Assembly (NCBI GenBank): GCA_045863855.1 | Contig: BTVV01000031.1 | Span: 1 to 59,284, forward strand | Source of the DNA: Planctomycetota bacterium | GTDB lineage: Bacteria; Planctomycetota; SZUA-567; H5-PLA8 | Length of the DNA stretch: 59,284 nt | Reading direction: 5' to 3' | Shown: positions 38,590 through 47,995 of the stretch, one piece after another | Layout: every line of letters begins with the position of its first letter | How positions within the stretch are numbered: position 1 is the first letter of the stretch | Made by a program: the position numbers and the translations under genes | Notes under the pieces: generated by a model | The model's database searches: none | What the model was told of the DNA's origin: nothing | Seen by the model: the letters and a program-made list of their open reading frames with translations, nothing else

Positions 38590-40104
38590 ATGGCAGGCGA
38601 GAACAACGGCGGCGGCGGAAGGCCCGTGGCACGGCGCGGCGGAAGGCCGAGGCGCGGACCTGGAGGTCCCCGCGGACCGAACAGCCACGGCGGTCACGGC
38701 GGTCACGGCATGCGTCCCCATGGCGGGGGCAACGGCAACGGAGGGCATCCTTCGATGTCTGACCCAGGACTGCCTCAAGATCTTCCGGCGGAACCGGCGA
38801 GCACGACCCCGGCGGAGCCCCGTCCGCCCGGTCCGCCCCCCGTCCCCGGCCAGGTGACGTACATCAACGAGCTGAAGCGCAAGCCGATCACCGAGCTGCA
38901 TCAGATGGCGAGGGAGCTGAACATCGAGGGGTACTCCTCGCTGCTGAAGCACGACCTGATCTTCCGCATCATCAAAGAGAAGATGGCGCAGAATCACGTG
39001 CTGATGGGCGAAGGCGTGCTGGAGATCCTGCCGGACAGCTTCGGGTTCCTGCGCAGTCCCGACTACGATTATCTCCCCTGCCCCGACGACATCTACATTT
39101 CGCCGAGCCAGATCCGGCGCTTCAATCTGCGCACGGGCCACCTGGTCACGGGGCAGATCCGGCCGCCGAAGGAGAACGAACGCTACTTCGCTCTGCTGCA
39201 GATCAAATCGATCAACGGCGAGCCGCCGGAAAAGGTGAACGAGAAGATTCCGTTCGACGAACTGACGCCGATCCATCCCAATACGCGCTTTTTGCTGGAG
39301 ACATCGCCGGAAGACATCTCCATGCGCGCGCTGGACCTGATCGCACCCATCGGCAAGGGGCAGCGCGGGCTGCTGGTCTCGCCGCCGAAGGCCGGCAAGA
39401 CGGTGATGCTGCAGCACATCGCGCGCAGCATCGCGCACAACAATCCCGAGTCGAAGCTGATCGTGCTGCTGATCGACGAACGCCCCGAGGAAGTGACCGA
39501 GATGGAGCGCTCGGTGAAGGGCGAAGTGATCGCGAGCACGTTCGACGAACCGGCGAGCCGTCACTGCCAGGTGGCCGAAATGGTGATCGAACGCGCGAAG
39601 CGCATGGTCGAGTACGGCGACGACGTGGTGATCCTGCTGGACAGCATCACGCGCCTGGGCCGCGCGTACAATACCGAGGTCCCGCACTCGGGCAAGATCC
39701 TGACCGGCGGCGTGGACGCCACGGCGCTGCAAAAGCCGAAAAAGTTTTTCGGCGCGGCGCGCAAAATCGAGCACGGCGGATCGCTGACGATCATCGGCAC
39801 CGCGCTGATCGACACCGGCAGCCGCATGGACGAAGTGATTTACGAAGAGTTCAAGGGCACCGGTAACATGGAAGTGCACCTGGACCGCCGCCTGATGAAC
39901 CGGCGCCTCTTCCCGACGGTGGACGTGAACCTGTCGTGGACGCGCCGCGAAGAGCTGTTGCTGCATCCGGACGAGTTGCAGCGGATCTGGCTGCTGCGCA
40001 AGTACCTCGCCGACCTGAACGTGGTCGAGGCGATGGAATTCCTGATCGAGAAGATGAAGAAGACGAAGAGCAACATCGAGTTCCTGATGAGCATGAACGT
40101 GTGA
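38590..40104 (+). CDS. rho: Transcription termination factor Rho
   Basis: [65 protein letters not shown]. Confidence 0.98.
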   Translation: MAGENNGGGGRPVARRGGRPRRGPGGPRGPNSHGGHGGHGMRPHGGGNGNGGHPSMSDPGLPQDLPAEPASTTPAEPRPPGPPPVPGQVTYINELKRKPITELHQMARELNIEGYSSLLKHDLIFRIIKEKMAQNHVLMGEGVLEILPDSFGFLRSPDYDYLPCPDDIYISPSQIRRFNLRTGHLVTGQIRPPKENERYFALLQIKSINGEPPEKVNEKIPFDELTPIHPNTRFLLETSPEDISMRALDLIAPIGKGQRGLLVSPPKAGKTVMLQHIARSIAHNNPESKLIVLLIDERPEEVTEMERSVKGEVIASTFDEPASRHCQVAEMVIERAKRMVEYGDDVVILLDSITRLGRAYNTEVPHSGKILTGGVDATALQKPKKFFGAARKIEHGGSLTIIGTALIDTGSRMDEVIYEEFKGTGNMEVHLDRRLMNRRLFPTVDVNLSWTRREELLLHPDELQRIWLLRKYLADLNVVEAMEFLIEKMKKTKSNIEFLMSMNV

Positions 40105-40138
40105 GGCACGGGATTTACAGGACGGCTTCCGGCGCGGC

Positions 40139-40348
40139 ATGCCGTTCACGGCGAACGTGAAGGAGTGTTGCCATGGGCAAGACCGTGCCCATCGAGGACT
40201 CGACCTGCTTTCGAAGCGTGGCGACAAGCGCTGCGCGCTCGTGGACGCCGTCAGCTTCGTAGCCATGCGCCAGTACGGCGCAACGCAGGCATTGACCACC
40301 GGCCGCCATTTCGAGCAAGAAGGCTGCGTGCGGTTGCCGAGCGCATGA
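40139..40348 (+). pseudogene. Truncated PIN/VapC toxin remnant
   Basis: Only the C-terminal half is present (DKRCALVDAVSFVAMRQYGATQALTTGRHFEQEG); the conserved TDxHF Asp reads Gly. Confidence 0.75.
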
Positions 40349-40376
40349 GCGAGCAGGCCGCGTCATTCATTATCCC

Positions 40377-40916
40377 ATGAAATACTTCACGAAAAAAATG
40401 TGGGCCGGCTGGCAAGGCCGGGATGCGGCCGTCTGGAATGCGGCGTTTAAAACCTCCAGTACCGCCTATATGAAGCAATTGGCCGCATTAAAAAACAGAC
40501 TGTCAAAGCGAAATCACGCACTCTTCACGGCTATGCCCTTTCATGACAGCCGTCTGATTGAGTTACGCATGGGAGAGCCTTCGGCCACTGCGTGGAAAGC
40601 CGACCCGCCGGCATTTACCCCCTTTCCTACCGCAGTGGAAATGGACGTCCTGACTTGCGATCGCCGGTTTTGCTATACGCTGCGCTACAAACAAGTCCGG
40701 AACGTACAGGTAAATTTCCCAAGCGACCAACCTCTTTTTTACGAAGAGGGCAGCGGATTGGATGATTGGGGGTACGACGAATTGACGGCTGCCGACGAGC
40801 GGTTCCTGTCCCACGAAATCCTTTTTTCGTCCGGGGCAACGATTCTTATTGAGTTTATGGTCTTTAATTACAGTCGCTGTAAGCTTGCGGTTTCTCGCCC
40901 GAGGAAGCTGGGTTAA
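40377..40916 (+). CDS. Hypothetical protein, low-GC
   Basis: 179-aa ORF (MKYFT..FHDS..DWGYDEL..HEILFSSG) with AT-richer codons; family assignment uncertain. Confidence 0.75.
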   Translation: MKYFTKKMWAGWQGRDAAVWNAAFKTSSTAYMKQLAALKNRLSKRNHALFTAMPFHDSRLIELRMGEPSATAWKADPPAFTPFPTAVEMDVLTCDRRFCYTLRYKQVRNVQVNFPSDQPLFYEEGSGLDDWGYDELTAADERFLSHEILFSSGATILIEFMVFNYSRCKLAVSRPRKLG

Positions 40917-41557
40917 TGGCTACCGCATCGTCCGCTTGGCCCTTTACGCTTCCCGACGGCGCGCGCATCCTGTTTCTCGCGCCCGGGCCGCACGGCTTGG
41001 CGTGCGCGCAGGGGCTGTCGGCGCCGCCCACGCCGTGCCGCTGGACGGTCCTGCACGATTACACGCTGCGCCAGAGCAAGGGCGCGCTGCCGTGGTCGAA
41101 CGCGCCATCGGCGTTCTTCCGCGGGCAGGCCGCTCGGCTGCCCTTCGCGCGGCACGCTTTCGACGCGGTGCTCTCGTACGAAACGCTCTTCGCCGTGCGC
41201 CCGCCGTGGACGGTGCTGGCCGAACTTCACCGCGTGCTGAAGCCCGACGGGGTTCTGCTGCTCGTCGAACCGGCCAGCGAAGGCTTCTTCTCGATGCTGC
41301 GCGCGCGTTTGCTGGGGCCGGGCAAGCGCGTGTACCCGAAGGACGAACTGGTCGGACGCCTGACGCGCGCGGACTTCGCCGTCGATGCGGCGGAAGCGCA
41401 CGCGGCGCTTCCGGGCTTCCCGCGCGCGGCATGGCGCATCGTGGCGAAAAAGCTGGAGTTTCCGGCCGACGCGCCGCCCACCTGGACCACCGCGAAGGAG
41501 CTTTACGCGCGCCAGCGCAAGCCCGGCGCGGCAGCCGAAGCGCCCGCGGAAAATTGA
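40916..41557 (+). CDS. Class I SAM-dependent methyltransferase-like protein
   Basis: LPFARHAFDAV and ELHRVLKPDG motifs; motif I is degenerate. Confidence 0.72.
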   Translation: MATASSAWPFTLPDGARILFLAPGPHGLACAQGLSAPPTPCRWTVLHDYTLRQSKGALPWSNAPSAFFRGQAARLPFARHAFDAVLSYETLFAVRPPWTVLAELHRVLKPDGVLLLVEPASEGFFSMLRARLLGPGKRVYPKDELVGRLTRADFAVDAAEAHAALPGFPRAAWRIVAKKLEFPADAPPTWTTAKELYARQRKPGAAAEAPAEN

Positions 41558-42262
41558 CTACTCGTCGGCGATGGAACTCTGCAGCGCCAGGCTGGCCACG
41601 AAGAACTTCAGATTCCAAATACAGACGATGACCGAGAAGAACCAGCCCACGACGCCCAATACGGAGGCCCATTCGTCGGGCTGTTCCTGAAACGATTCCG
41701 CGAGCACGCCGACCGGGAGCCCCACGAAGCAGGTGGCCGCCGGCAACAAGAGCATGCCGCACAACATCGCCCAGACGCGGATGCCCGAACCTTCCAGGCG
41801 CAGCTTCTCGCAGTACCGCAGGCCCCACGCCGCGCCGATCAGCAGCAGGCTGCCGGTGACCAGGCACGCCAGCATCACGCCCGCGAAATCCTGCCGCAGG
41901 GTGACGGGGCCGTCCCACCAGAAGCTCAGTTCGGCAAAGGTCTCCAGCGCCGCGATCGTTCCCTGCACGCCGACCCCCAGCACCAGGACCATGGCGACGA
42001 GTTCCAGCATGCGGAACGCAAAGCGTGTGAGCATGTAGTACGCCGCGAAAGCGACCGCGCCGCCGGCCGCGATTTGCACGATGCCGTCCATCGCCGGCCG
42101 CGAGCTTTCGGGCACGCTGGCCCGCGCCGCCAGCCAGCCCAATCCCGCCGCGTTGACGGCCATCAGGCCGACCAGCCCCCGCACCCAGGTTCCGTCCGAT
42201 TTCGGCGGAGGCTCCACGCCGGCCGGGTCTTTCCATACGCCGTCGCGGCTGGGTTTATTCAT
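41558..42262 (-). CDS. Hypothetical polytopic membrane protein
   Basis: About 6 hydrophobic helices; ATGA overlap with the upstream gene. Confidence 0.75.
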   Translation of the reverse strand: MNKPSRDGVWKDPAGVEPPPKSDGTWVRGLVGLMAVNAAGLGWLAARASVPESSRPAMDGIVQIAAGGAVAFAAYYMLTRFAFRMLELVAMVLVLGVGVQGTIAALETFAELSFWWDGPVTLRQDFAGVMLACLVTGSLLLIGAAWGLRYCEKLRLEGSGIRVWAMLCGMLLLPAATCFVGLPVGVLAESFQEQPDEWASVLGVVGWFFSVIVCIWNLKFFVASLALQSSIADE

Positions 42263-43035
42263 GAGGGCATTCCGTCCCGCGCGCGAGCGCAGACGACCGT
42301 TCCGCGCCAGGATACGTCGCCCAAATGCCCGTCGCGGGCCAGTTGCGCTTCCATCGCGCGCAACCCGGCCTCGAACTCCGCATGATCCAGCAGGTCGAGC
42401 GTGCTGATGAATCGCGCGCGCGTCTTCTCAAGGTACTCCGAACCGCCGTTCCCGCGCCGATCTTCCACTTCCAGCGCCCGGACTTTCGAAAATCCCTCGG
42501 ATTCCAGTTCGCGGAGCAACTCGGCAGCCGCCGGAAAGCGCGCGCAGTCGATCGCGGTCAGGCTTGGAAACCAGCGCGCCAGCGCGCACGCGCGAATCTG
42601 CGCGTGATCGGTGGTCAGGAACGCCACGCCGCCCCCAGGAACGAGCGCGGCCCGCAGCGCCGCGAAAAGCCGCGCGCGCGCGGACGCATCGAGATAGTGC
42701 AGAAAGAAGCTGCCCACGGCGCCGGCAAAGCGCGCCGTTCCGAACGGCAATGCGGCAGCGTCTCCGCGCAGGAGCCGCGCGCGATCGAGCTTGCCGCGCG
42801 CCTGCGCCAGCATACCGCGGGAGCGGTCCAGCGCGACGACCGGCCCGCGCCAGAGGCGCTCCAGGTTCCGCGTCAGGTTGCCCGTGCCGCAGCCGAGTTC
42901 CAGAATTGCGGCTTCGGGCGCGCCGGCGCCGGAAGCCGCGAGTTCCAGCAGCAGCCCCGGCATCCGTTCGTCCCAGCCGCGGTGGCGATCGTAGCGCGCG
43001 GCGATCCTGTCGTAGTCCACGCGCCGCTCAGACAC
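42259..43035 (-). CDS. Class I SAM-dependent methyltransferase
   Basis: YDRIAARYD, ILELGCGTG, LDRSRGML and GDAAALPF motifs. Confidence 0.92.
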   Translation of the reverse strand: MSERRVDYDRIAARYDRHRGWDERMPGLLLELAASGAGAPEAAILELGCGTGNLTRNLERLWRGPVVALDRSRGMLAQARGKLDRARLLRGDAAALPFGTARFAGAVGSFFLHYLDASARARLFAALRAALVPGGGVAFLTTDHAQIRACALARWFPSLTAIDCARFPAAAELLRELESEGFSKVRALEVEDRRGNGGSEYLEKTRARFISTLDLLDHAEFEAGLRAMEAQLARDGHLGDVSWRGTVVCARARDGMPS

Positions 43036-44164
43036 GGGGCAGCGCCTCCAGCAGCCGGGCCAGATCGGCTTCGTCGTTCCAAGCGTGCACCGCCGCGCGC
43101 AAGCGTCCGCCGCGCGGATTCACGAAGATCTTGCGGCGTTCCAATTCCTCCGCCAAGCGCCGGGCATCGTGGCCGGGCGCCTCGAAGCTTACGATGCCCG
43201 ACTGCCCGCTCTCGAACGGCGCGCGGTAGACGCGCATGCCGCGCGCGCGCAGACCGGATTCGAGCCGCCCCGCCAGATGCAGCGCGCGTTCGCCCACGCG
43301 TCCGATGCCCGCGTCGCGCAGCAATTCCAGCGCTCCGCACAACCCGTAGACGCCGATCGAGTTGAGCGTGCCGCATTCGAAGCGCCGCGCGGTGCGGCAG
43401 AGTTCCTGGTCCTGCGCCGCATACTGGCCGGGCTCCTTGAGGCACCACCAGCCGCGCGCGAGCGGCGCGATGCGTTCCAGCCATTCGGTGCGTACGCAAA
43501 GCATGGCCTGGCCTTCGGGGCCGCAGATCCATTTGTGCCCGTCGGCGGCCCACGCATCGACGTTCATCGCGCGCGCGTCGAAGGGGAGCGCGCCGAGTCC
43601 CTGGATGGCGTCGACAAAGAAGAAAATACCCCGAGTTCGGCAGAGCTTGCCCAGCGCCCCGAGATCGGCGCGAAAGCCGGTGGCGTAGTTCACGAACGAA
43701 AGCGCCAGCACGCGGGTGCGCGCGTCCATGAGCTTCTCGGCATCGGCCGGCGCGAAGGCGCCGTTCGCGTCGACGGGAATCGTGCGCAGCTCCACGCCGC
43801 GCGCGGCCAGCGCCTGCCACGGATAAAAGTTCGCCGGAAACTCGCCCCCGGGGATGACCACGTTCTCGCCGGGCTTCCAGTCCAGCCCAAACGCCACGGT
43901 GCTTACGCCTTCGCTGGTGTTCTTGAGCAGTGCAATCTCGGTGGCCAGCGACCCGGTGAGCTCCGCGGCGAGGTGGCGGGCGCGTTCGTAGGCGGCGTAC
44001 CATTCGCGGTACACCAGCGCCCCCTGCTCGCGCACGCCGGCGATCTGTCGTTCCATCGCGGCGGACGAGCGCAGCGAGAGCGGCGCGACGCTGGCCCAGC
44101 CGAAATAGGCCCAATCCCGCAAGGCGGGAAACTCATTCCGGAAAGCGGCCCATTCGTTTGCCAC
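43028..44164 (-). CDS. Class V aminotransferase (cysteine desulfurase-like PLP enzyme)
   Basis: NTSEG, DAIQGLG, DGHKWICGP and RRFECGT motifs; GTG start. Confidence 0.92.
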   Translation of the reverse strand: MANEWAAFRNEFPALRDWAYFGWASVAPLSLRSSAAMERQIAGVREQGALVYREWYAAYERARHLAAELTGSLATEIALLKNTSEGVSTVAFGLDWKPGENVVIPGGEFPANFYPWQALAARGVELRTIPVDANGAFAPADAEKLMDARTRVLALSFVNYATGFRADLGALGKLCRTRGIFFFVDAIQGLGALPFDARAMNVDAWAADGHKWICGPEGQAMLCVRTEWLERIAPLARGWWCLKEPGQYAAQDQELCRTARRFECGTLNSIGVYGLCGALELLRDAGIGRVGERALHLAGRLESGLRARGMRVYRAPFESGQSGIVSFEAPGHDARRLAEELERRKIFVNPRGGRLRAAVHAWNDEADLARLLEALPRV

Positions 44165-44293
44165 GCTGCGGCCCTCGCTGCCGCATGGGTTGTACTCGGC
44201 TCCCCCGCCCCGCGCCAACGAACCGGCGGATCGAAGCCCGGCCATGCCCGCTTGACACGCGCGCGGAAGTCGCGAAAATCCGCGCTACCCGGT

Positions 44294-44367
44294 GCGGGTA
44301 TAGCACAATGGTAGTGCGCCAGCCTTCCAAGCTGGACACGCGGGTTCGATCCCCGCTACCCGCTCCA
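44294..44367 (+). tRNA. tRNA-Gly(TCC)
   Basis: GCGGGTA/TACCCGC acceptor stem, CCAGC-CTTCCAA-GCTGG anticodon arm, GTTCGA T-loop, encoded CCA; TTGACA at 44252. Confidence 0.97.
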
Positions 44368-44419
44368 ACTTTTCAGACCCCGCCGCCGCGAACTTTGTAC
44401 CGGCCTGAATCCCAACTTG

Positions 44420-44770
44420 AACCGGACGGTGCTACGCGTCCGGCCAGATCGCAGCAGGTCGAGAGCACGTCTTCCAGACAAGCCCGGGCCCGGCCGATCC
44501 ATGCGCGCGCCGTGCAGCGGAGCCACGAAGAACGGCACGCGCGCCGAACCTTCGTACGGGGTCGTCTTGCGGAAAAGGTGGCGTTCGCCAAGCGGCTCGC
44601 CGTGATCGGAGGGGAAGTCGATTCAAGCGGGGCGGCTGTCGGGCTTGAGGCGCGAACTGGACCAGCGGTCGAAGTGGTAATTGAGCCGATCGTCGACGTT
44701 GTTGATGAGGCCGAAGTAGCCGCAGGCGTGTTCGCGCATCTCGCGCAGCGTGAACGGCCCGCGCTGCCGG
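44420..44770 (-). pseudogene. Sulfatase gene remnant
   Basis: GYFGLINNVDD..(TGA at 44623-25)..[29 protein letters not shown], then a frameshift to [14 protein letters not shown]. Confidence 0.8.
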
Positions 44771-44775
44771 CGCGG

Positions 44776-47760
44776 TTAGCGGGGCGCCGCGCCGAGCGCC
44801 GCGAGTTCGCCGTTTTCCAGCGCCACGAAAATGCGCCCGCCGGCCAGCGCGAGGCCGTCGTAGATCGGTGCCGCCGGAAGCGCGAGGTCGCTCAGCACCT
44901 TGCCGTCCTTCAGCGCAATCACCCAGGCGTGCCCGCCCGCTTCACCGGGCACGATGCCGGCGACGACGGCGCGATCCGCGCCGGCGGCGACGGCGTTCAA
45001 CTTCGTTCCGGCGGGGAGCGCTGCCGACCAGAGCGGCGGAGGCGGCGGCGCGGGCTTGCCGTCGGCGCCGGGCGGCGCGGGTTCCACGCCCACCGGCTGC
45101 GCCGCGCATTGCGCGCCTGCGTGCAGGTCCAGATCGCCGCGCCACGAACGCAGCACCTTCCGCTCAAGCCTGAATTTGTACGCAGTCAGGTAACCGTCCA
45201 GGATCGGATCTTTGTAGCCGGCTTTCGCGTTGGGATCGCGCGCGGCGAGTACCCCCGTCTTGGGGTCGATCTTGAATTCGTTCCACAGGATCGCGCCGTC
45301 TTCGACACGCAGGAGGTCGTTGCGGCGCAGCGGGCCGGCGGCCAGATGCCGCGCCCACACGATTTTGCCGGTGGCCGGTTCCAGCGCCAGGACGGCCACG
45401 CCGCCGTCGATCTCCGAGCCCCGCCCGGCATTGGCGTAAAGCAGCCCGTCGTGGACAAGGACCGAGCCGACGGCCGGCCAGTTCGATTCGACCTGCCCGT
45501 GCGCGACGACGCGGCGTTCGACCGGCGCGACGCGCGTGCGCCAAGCGAGCGCCCCGTCCTGCGCGCGCAGCGCGTAGAGCCAGCCGTCGTGGCCGCCCAC
45601 GAAGGCATACCCGGCGTGCAGCGTCGGCGGCGAATCGATGCGCCCGCCCAGCAATGCGCGCCAAGCCACCTTGCCCGTCGCCGCGTCGCAGCCGACAACT
45701 TCGCCGCGATCGCCGTTCGCCAGCACCACGCGTTCGCGATCCGCCACCGGAGCCGTCAACAGCGGTGCGAGGCGCGCATTCCAGGCCGGCGCCAGCGCGC
45801 CGGAAGCTTCCTGCGCCAAGGAAACGCTCCAGAGCAAGCCCGGCTTTTCGGGCACTTCGGCCGGGCATGAGCCGTTGCGTTCGGGGCCGCCGCGGTAATG
45901 CGGCCATTCGGGCGCTGTTGCGGGTGCGGCGACTTGGCCGAAAGCCGGACCGGTCTGAATGGGGCGCGGCTGCTCGAATGCCTGCGTGTCCGGATCGCCG
46001 CCGTTGGGTCCGAAGGCCAGGAAGCCGAGGATCTGGCCGGGAGCGCACATGCAGTTGTTCTGCGCCGTGTAGAACATCCCATTGGCGGGGACCATCCCTT
46101 CCATGCACGCTCCGCGCGCCGCGCGAAACGCGACGCTTTGCGCCTTACTCTTATCCGACTCGGACTGCGGGAAGATTTGATAGGTGCAACCCCGGCTTTG
46201 CGTAATGATGTTGCCCACCAACACCGACGGCGTGCAACCTTGCGAGGGAATCCACGTAGGCGTGCGGCCTTTTACTTCTCCCGTCAGCGGATCGCGTTTC
46301 TGGTTGCGGCTCCACAGCAGCCCGTCCACGACCGGCGTCCAGAGCCAAGCGGTCTCCTGCGTCTTCTCGTTGGGCTTGGGCTCCTGCTTGTCTTCCCAGA
46401 GCTGTTTGCCGTCGGTTTCGGCAAAGACCGCGAGCGAGCCCGATTTACGCCGAGTGACCACAATCCAGCCGGCGCCGGCGACGCTGAGTTGCAAATCGGC
46501 ATCGGAACCCAACTGCGTGTGCGGCAGCCGCCAGCGCTCCTTGCCGGATTCCAGATCGAGAGCGACGACCTCGCAGGCCGTCGGCGGATTGCCGGTTTGC
46601 GCGAGCGCGTAGACGGTCGAGCCCGCGGCGAGCACGGTCTGCGCGGCAATCGGGACCGACCACTTCGGCGCGCCGCTCTTGGCGTCGAAGGCGTCCACGG
46701 AGCCCGTGTTGGTCTTGTTGACCCACGTGGCCCAGAGGCTGCCCTTCACCAGCGGCGATTTGGAAACATCCCGGCCTTCCCAGCACGCGGCGACCAGCAC
46801 ATCCTTAAGCAGGCAGAGCCGCATGGGCGCATACTTGGTGGCGAAGGTCGCGGCGATCCTGCCGCTTTCCGCGTCGACGGCGATGGCCTTGTCCTTTTGA
46901 GCGGCGTACACGCGCGCCGGTTCGGAAGCCAAGGGGCCGGCGTTGAGCCAATAAAGCGCCGCGCCGTCGTCGGTCGTCTCGCAGTTTATCTTCCACAGCG
47001 GCAGCCCGTTGAAGGCATTGCGCGCGACCAAGTAATGGTCCTTCTTGTTCGGCGCCTCCAGGTTCTCGAGTTCCGTGGCGCTTAGGGCAAAACAATGCCC
47101 GCGCGAGATCACCCACCCGCGCACGGAAGCCCAGCGGTTGAGATTCTTCGGCAGCCCGTCGACCCAGCGCAAACCGATAGGGAAGCGAATCAGCTTGTCG
47201 CTCGAGACCATGTTGCCGTCCGGGCCGTGCTGCACGTGGGTCCAGTCGTCCATCTCGGCGGGCCGCGGCTTGCGACTGAGCGTCCATGTCCCGCCTTGCT
47301 TTTCGCACAGCGCGCCTTCAGGCGCGATCGCGCGGAAGCATTCTTCTTTCGTGATCCCCATCGCGGCCAGCGCGGCGGGATCCTCCACGACCAGCAAGTC
47401 CACCAGATCGTTCACGTAGGGCAGCGTCTTGAGTTCGATCCGTTCGGCCGTCGCACGGCCCGTTACACCCTGCGCTCGAATGGCCGCCCGCGCGCGCTCC
47501 AGCGCCGCTTCGTCCTGCGCCAAGCCGTGGACGAGCATTTCGCTCTGAGCGGCCAGTTGAGCCAGCAGTTCGGCGGAGCCTTCGCGGCCGCAGCCCCAAA
47601 CCGCGCAGAGCCCGGTCTTGCGCTCGAACTGCTTGAGCACCGCCTGTGCATCGGCGGCCGCAGCGCCGGCTTGAACAGGCGAGAGGCCCGCCGCCATGGC
47701 GCTCAGCAGCAGCGCCGCAACCCACGGCTTCTTGAGCACGGCGAGGCTCCCGATTTTCAT
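44776..47760 (-). CDS. Secreted PQQ-like beta-propeller protein with N-terminal methyltransferase-like domain
   Basis: Signal peptide; GLCAVWGCG, LPYVNDLVD, MDDWTH, ARNAFNGLPLW, DAxxGxxxW repeats, VESNWP. Start uncertain. Confidence 0.88.
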   Translation of the reverse strand: MKIGSLAVLKKPWVAALLLSAMAAGLSPVQAGAAAADAQAVLKQFERKTGLCAVWGCGREGSAELLAQLAAQSEMLVHGLAQDEAALERARAAIRAQGVTGRATAERIELKTLPYVNDLVDLLVVEDPAALAAMGITKEECFRAIAPEGALCEKQGGTWTLSRKPRPAEMDDWTHVQHGPDGNMVSSDKLIRFPIGLRWVDGLPKNLNRWASVRGWVISRGHCFALSATELENLEAPNKKDHYLVARNAFNGLPLWKINCETTDDGAALYWLNAGPLASEPARVYAAQKDKAIAVDAESGRIAATFATKYAPMRLCLLKDVLVAACWEGRDVSKSPLVKGSLWATWVNKTNTGSVDAFDAKSGAPKWSVPIAAQTVLAAGSTVYALAQTGNPPTACEVVALDLESGKERWRLPHTQLGSDADLQLSVAGAGWIVVTRRKSGSLAVFAETDGKQLWEDKQEPKPNEKTQETAWLWTPVVDGLLWSRNQKRDPLTGEVKGRTPTWIPSQGCTPSVLVGNIITQSRGCTYQIFPQSESDKSKAQSVAFRAARGACMEGMVPANGMFYTAQNNCMCAPGQILGFLAFGPNGGDPDTQAFEQPRPIQTGPAFGQVAAPATAPEWPHYRGGPERNGSCPAEVPEKPGLLWSVSLAQEASGALAPAWNARLAPLLTAPVADRERVVLANGDRGEVVGCDAATGKVAWRALLGGRIDSPPTLHAGYAFVGGHDGWLYALRAQDGALAWRTRVAPVERRVVAHGQVESNWPAVGSVLVHDGLLYANAGRGSEIDGGVAVLALEPATGKIVWARHLAAGPLRRNDLLRVEDGAILWNEFKIDPKTGVLAARDPNAKAGYKDPILDGYLTAYKFRLERKVLRSWRGDLDLHAGAQCAAQPVGVEPAPPGADGKPAPPPPPLWSAALPAGTKLNAVAAGADRAVVAGIVPGEAGGHAWVIALKDGKVLSDLALPAAPIYDGLALAGGRIFVALENGELAALGAAPR

Positions 47761-47995
47761 CGGCTTCCGGCATGGCACAGCGAGGTAGAGCGGTTCGAAT
47801 CGAGGCATGCGGAGCTACTCCGTTTTCGGCCAATGCCGGCATCGAATCGCGACGCGATTCGACCGGCCGCCTTTAAGCGGCCCCGGTTACATACACCTCG
47901 GCTTGGGCGATTTAGAGCAGGAACAACGGTAGAAGCAGAAGCGAACGAGACATGCGGGCGAACGCAGCCCGCACATGGAATCGTGGAACCCGGCG

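Noticed and set aside
44623..44625. TGA recoding (Sec/Trp) in the sulfatase fragment
   Set aside because: The fragment also has a frameshift and no start; TGA is a normal stop in neighbouring genes.
44294..44776. Prophage or island integrated at tRNA-Gly
   Set aside because: No integrase, and I saw no duplicated tRNA 3' end in the window.
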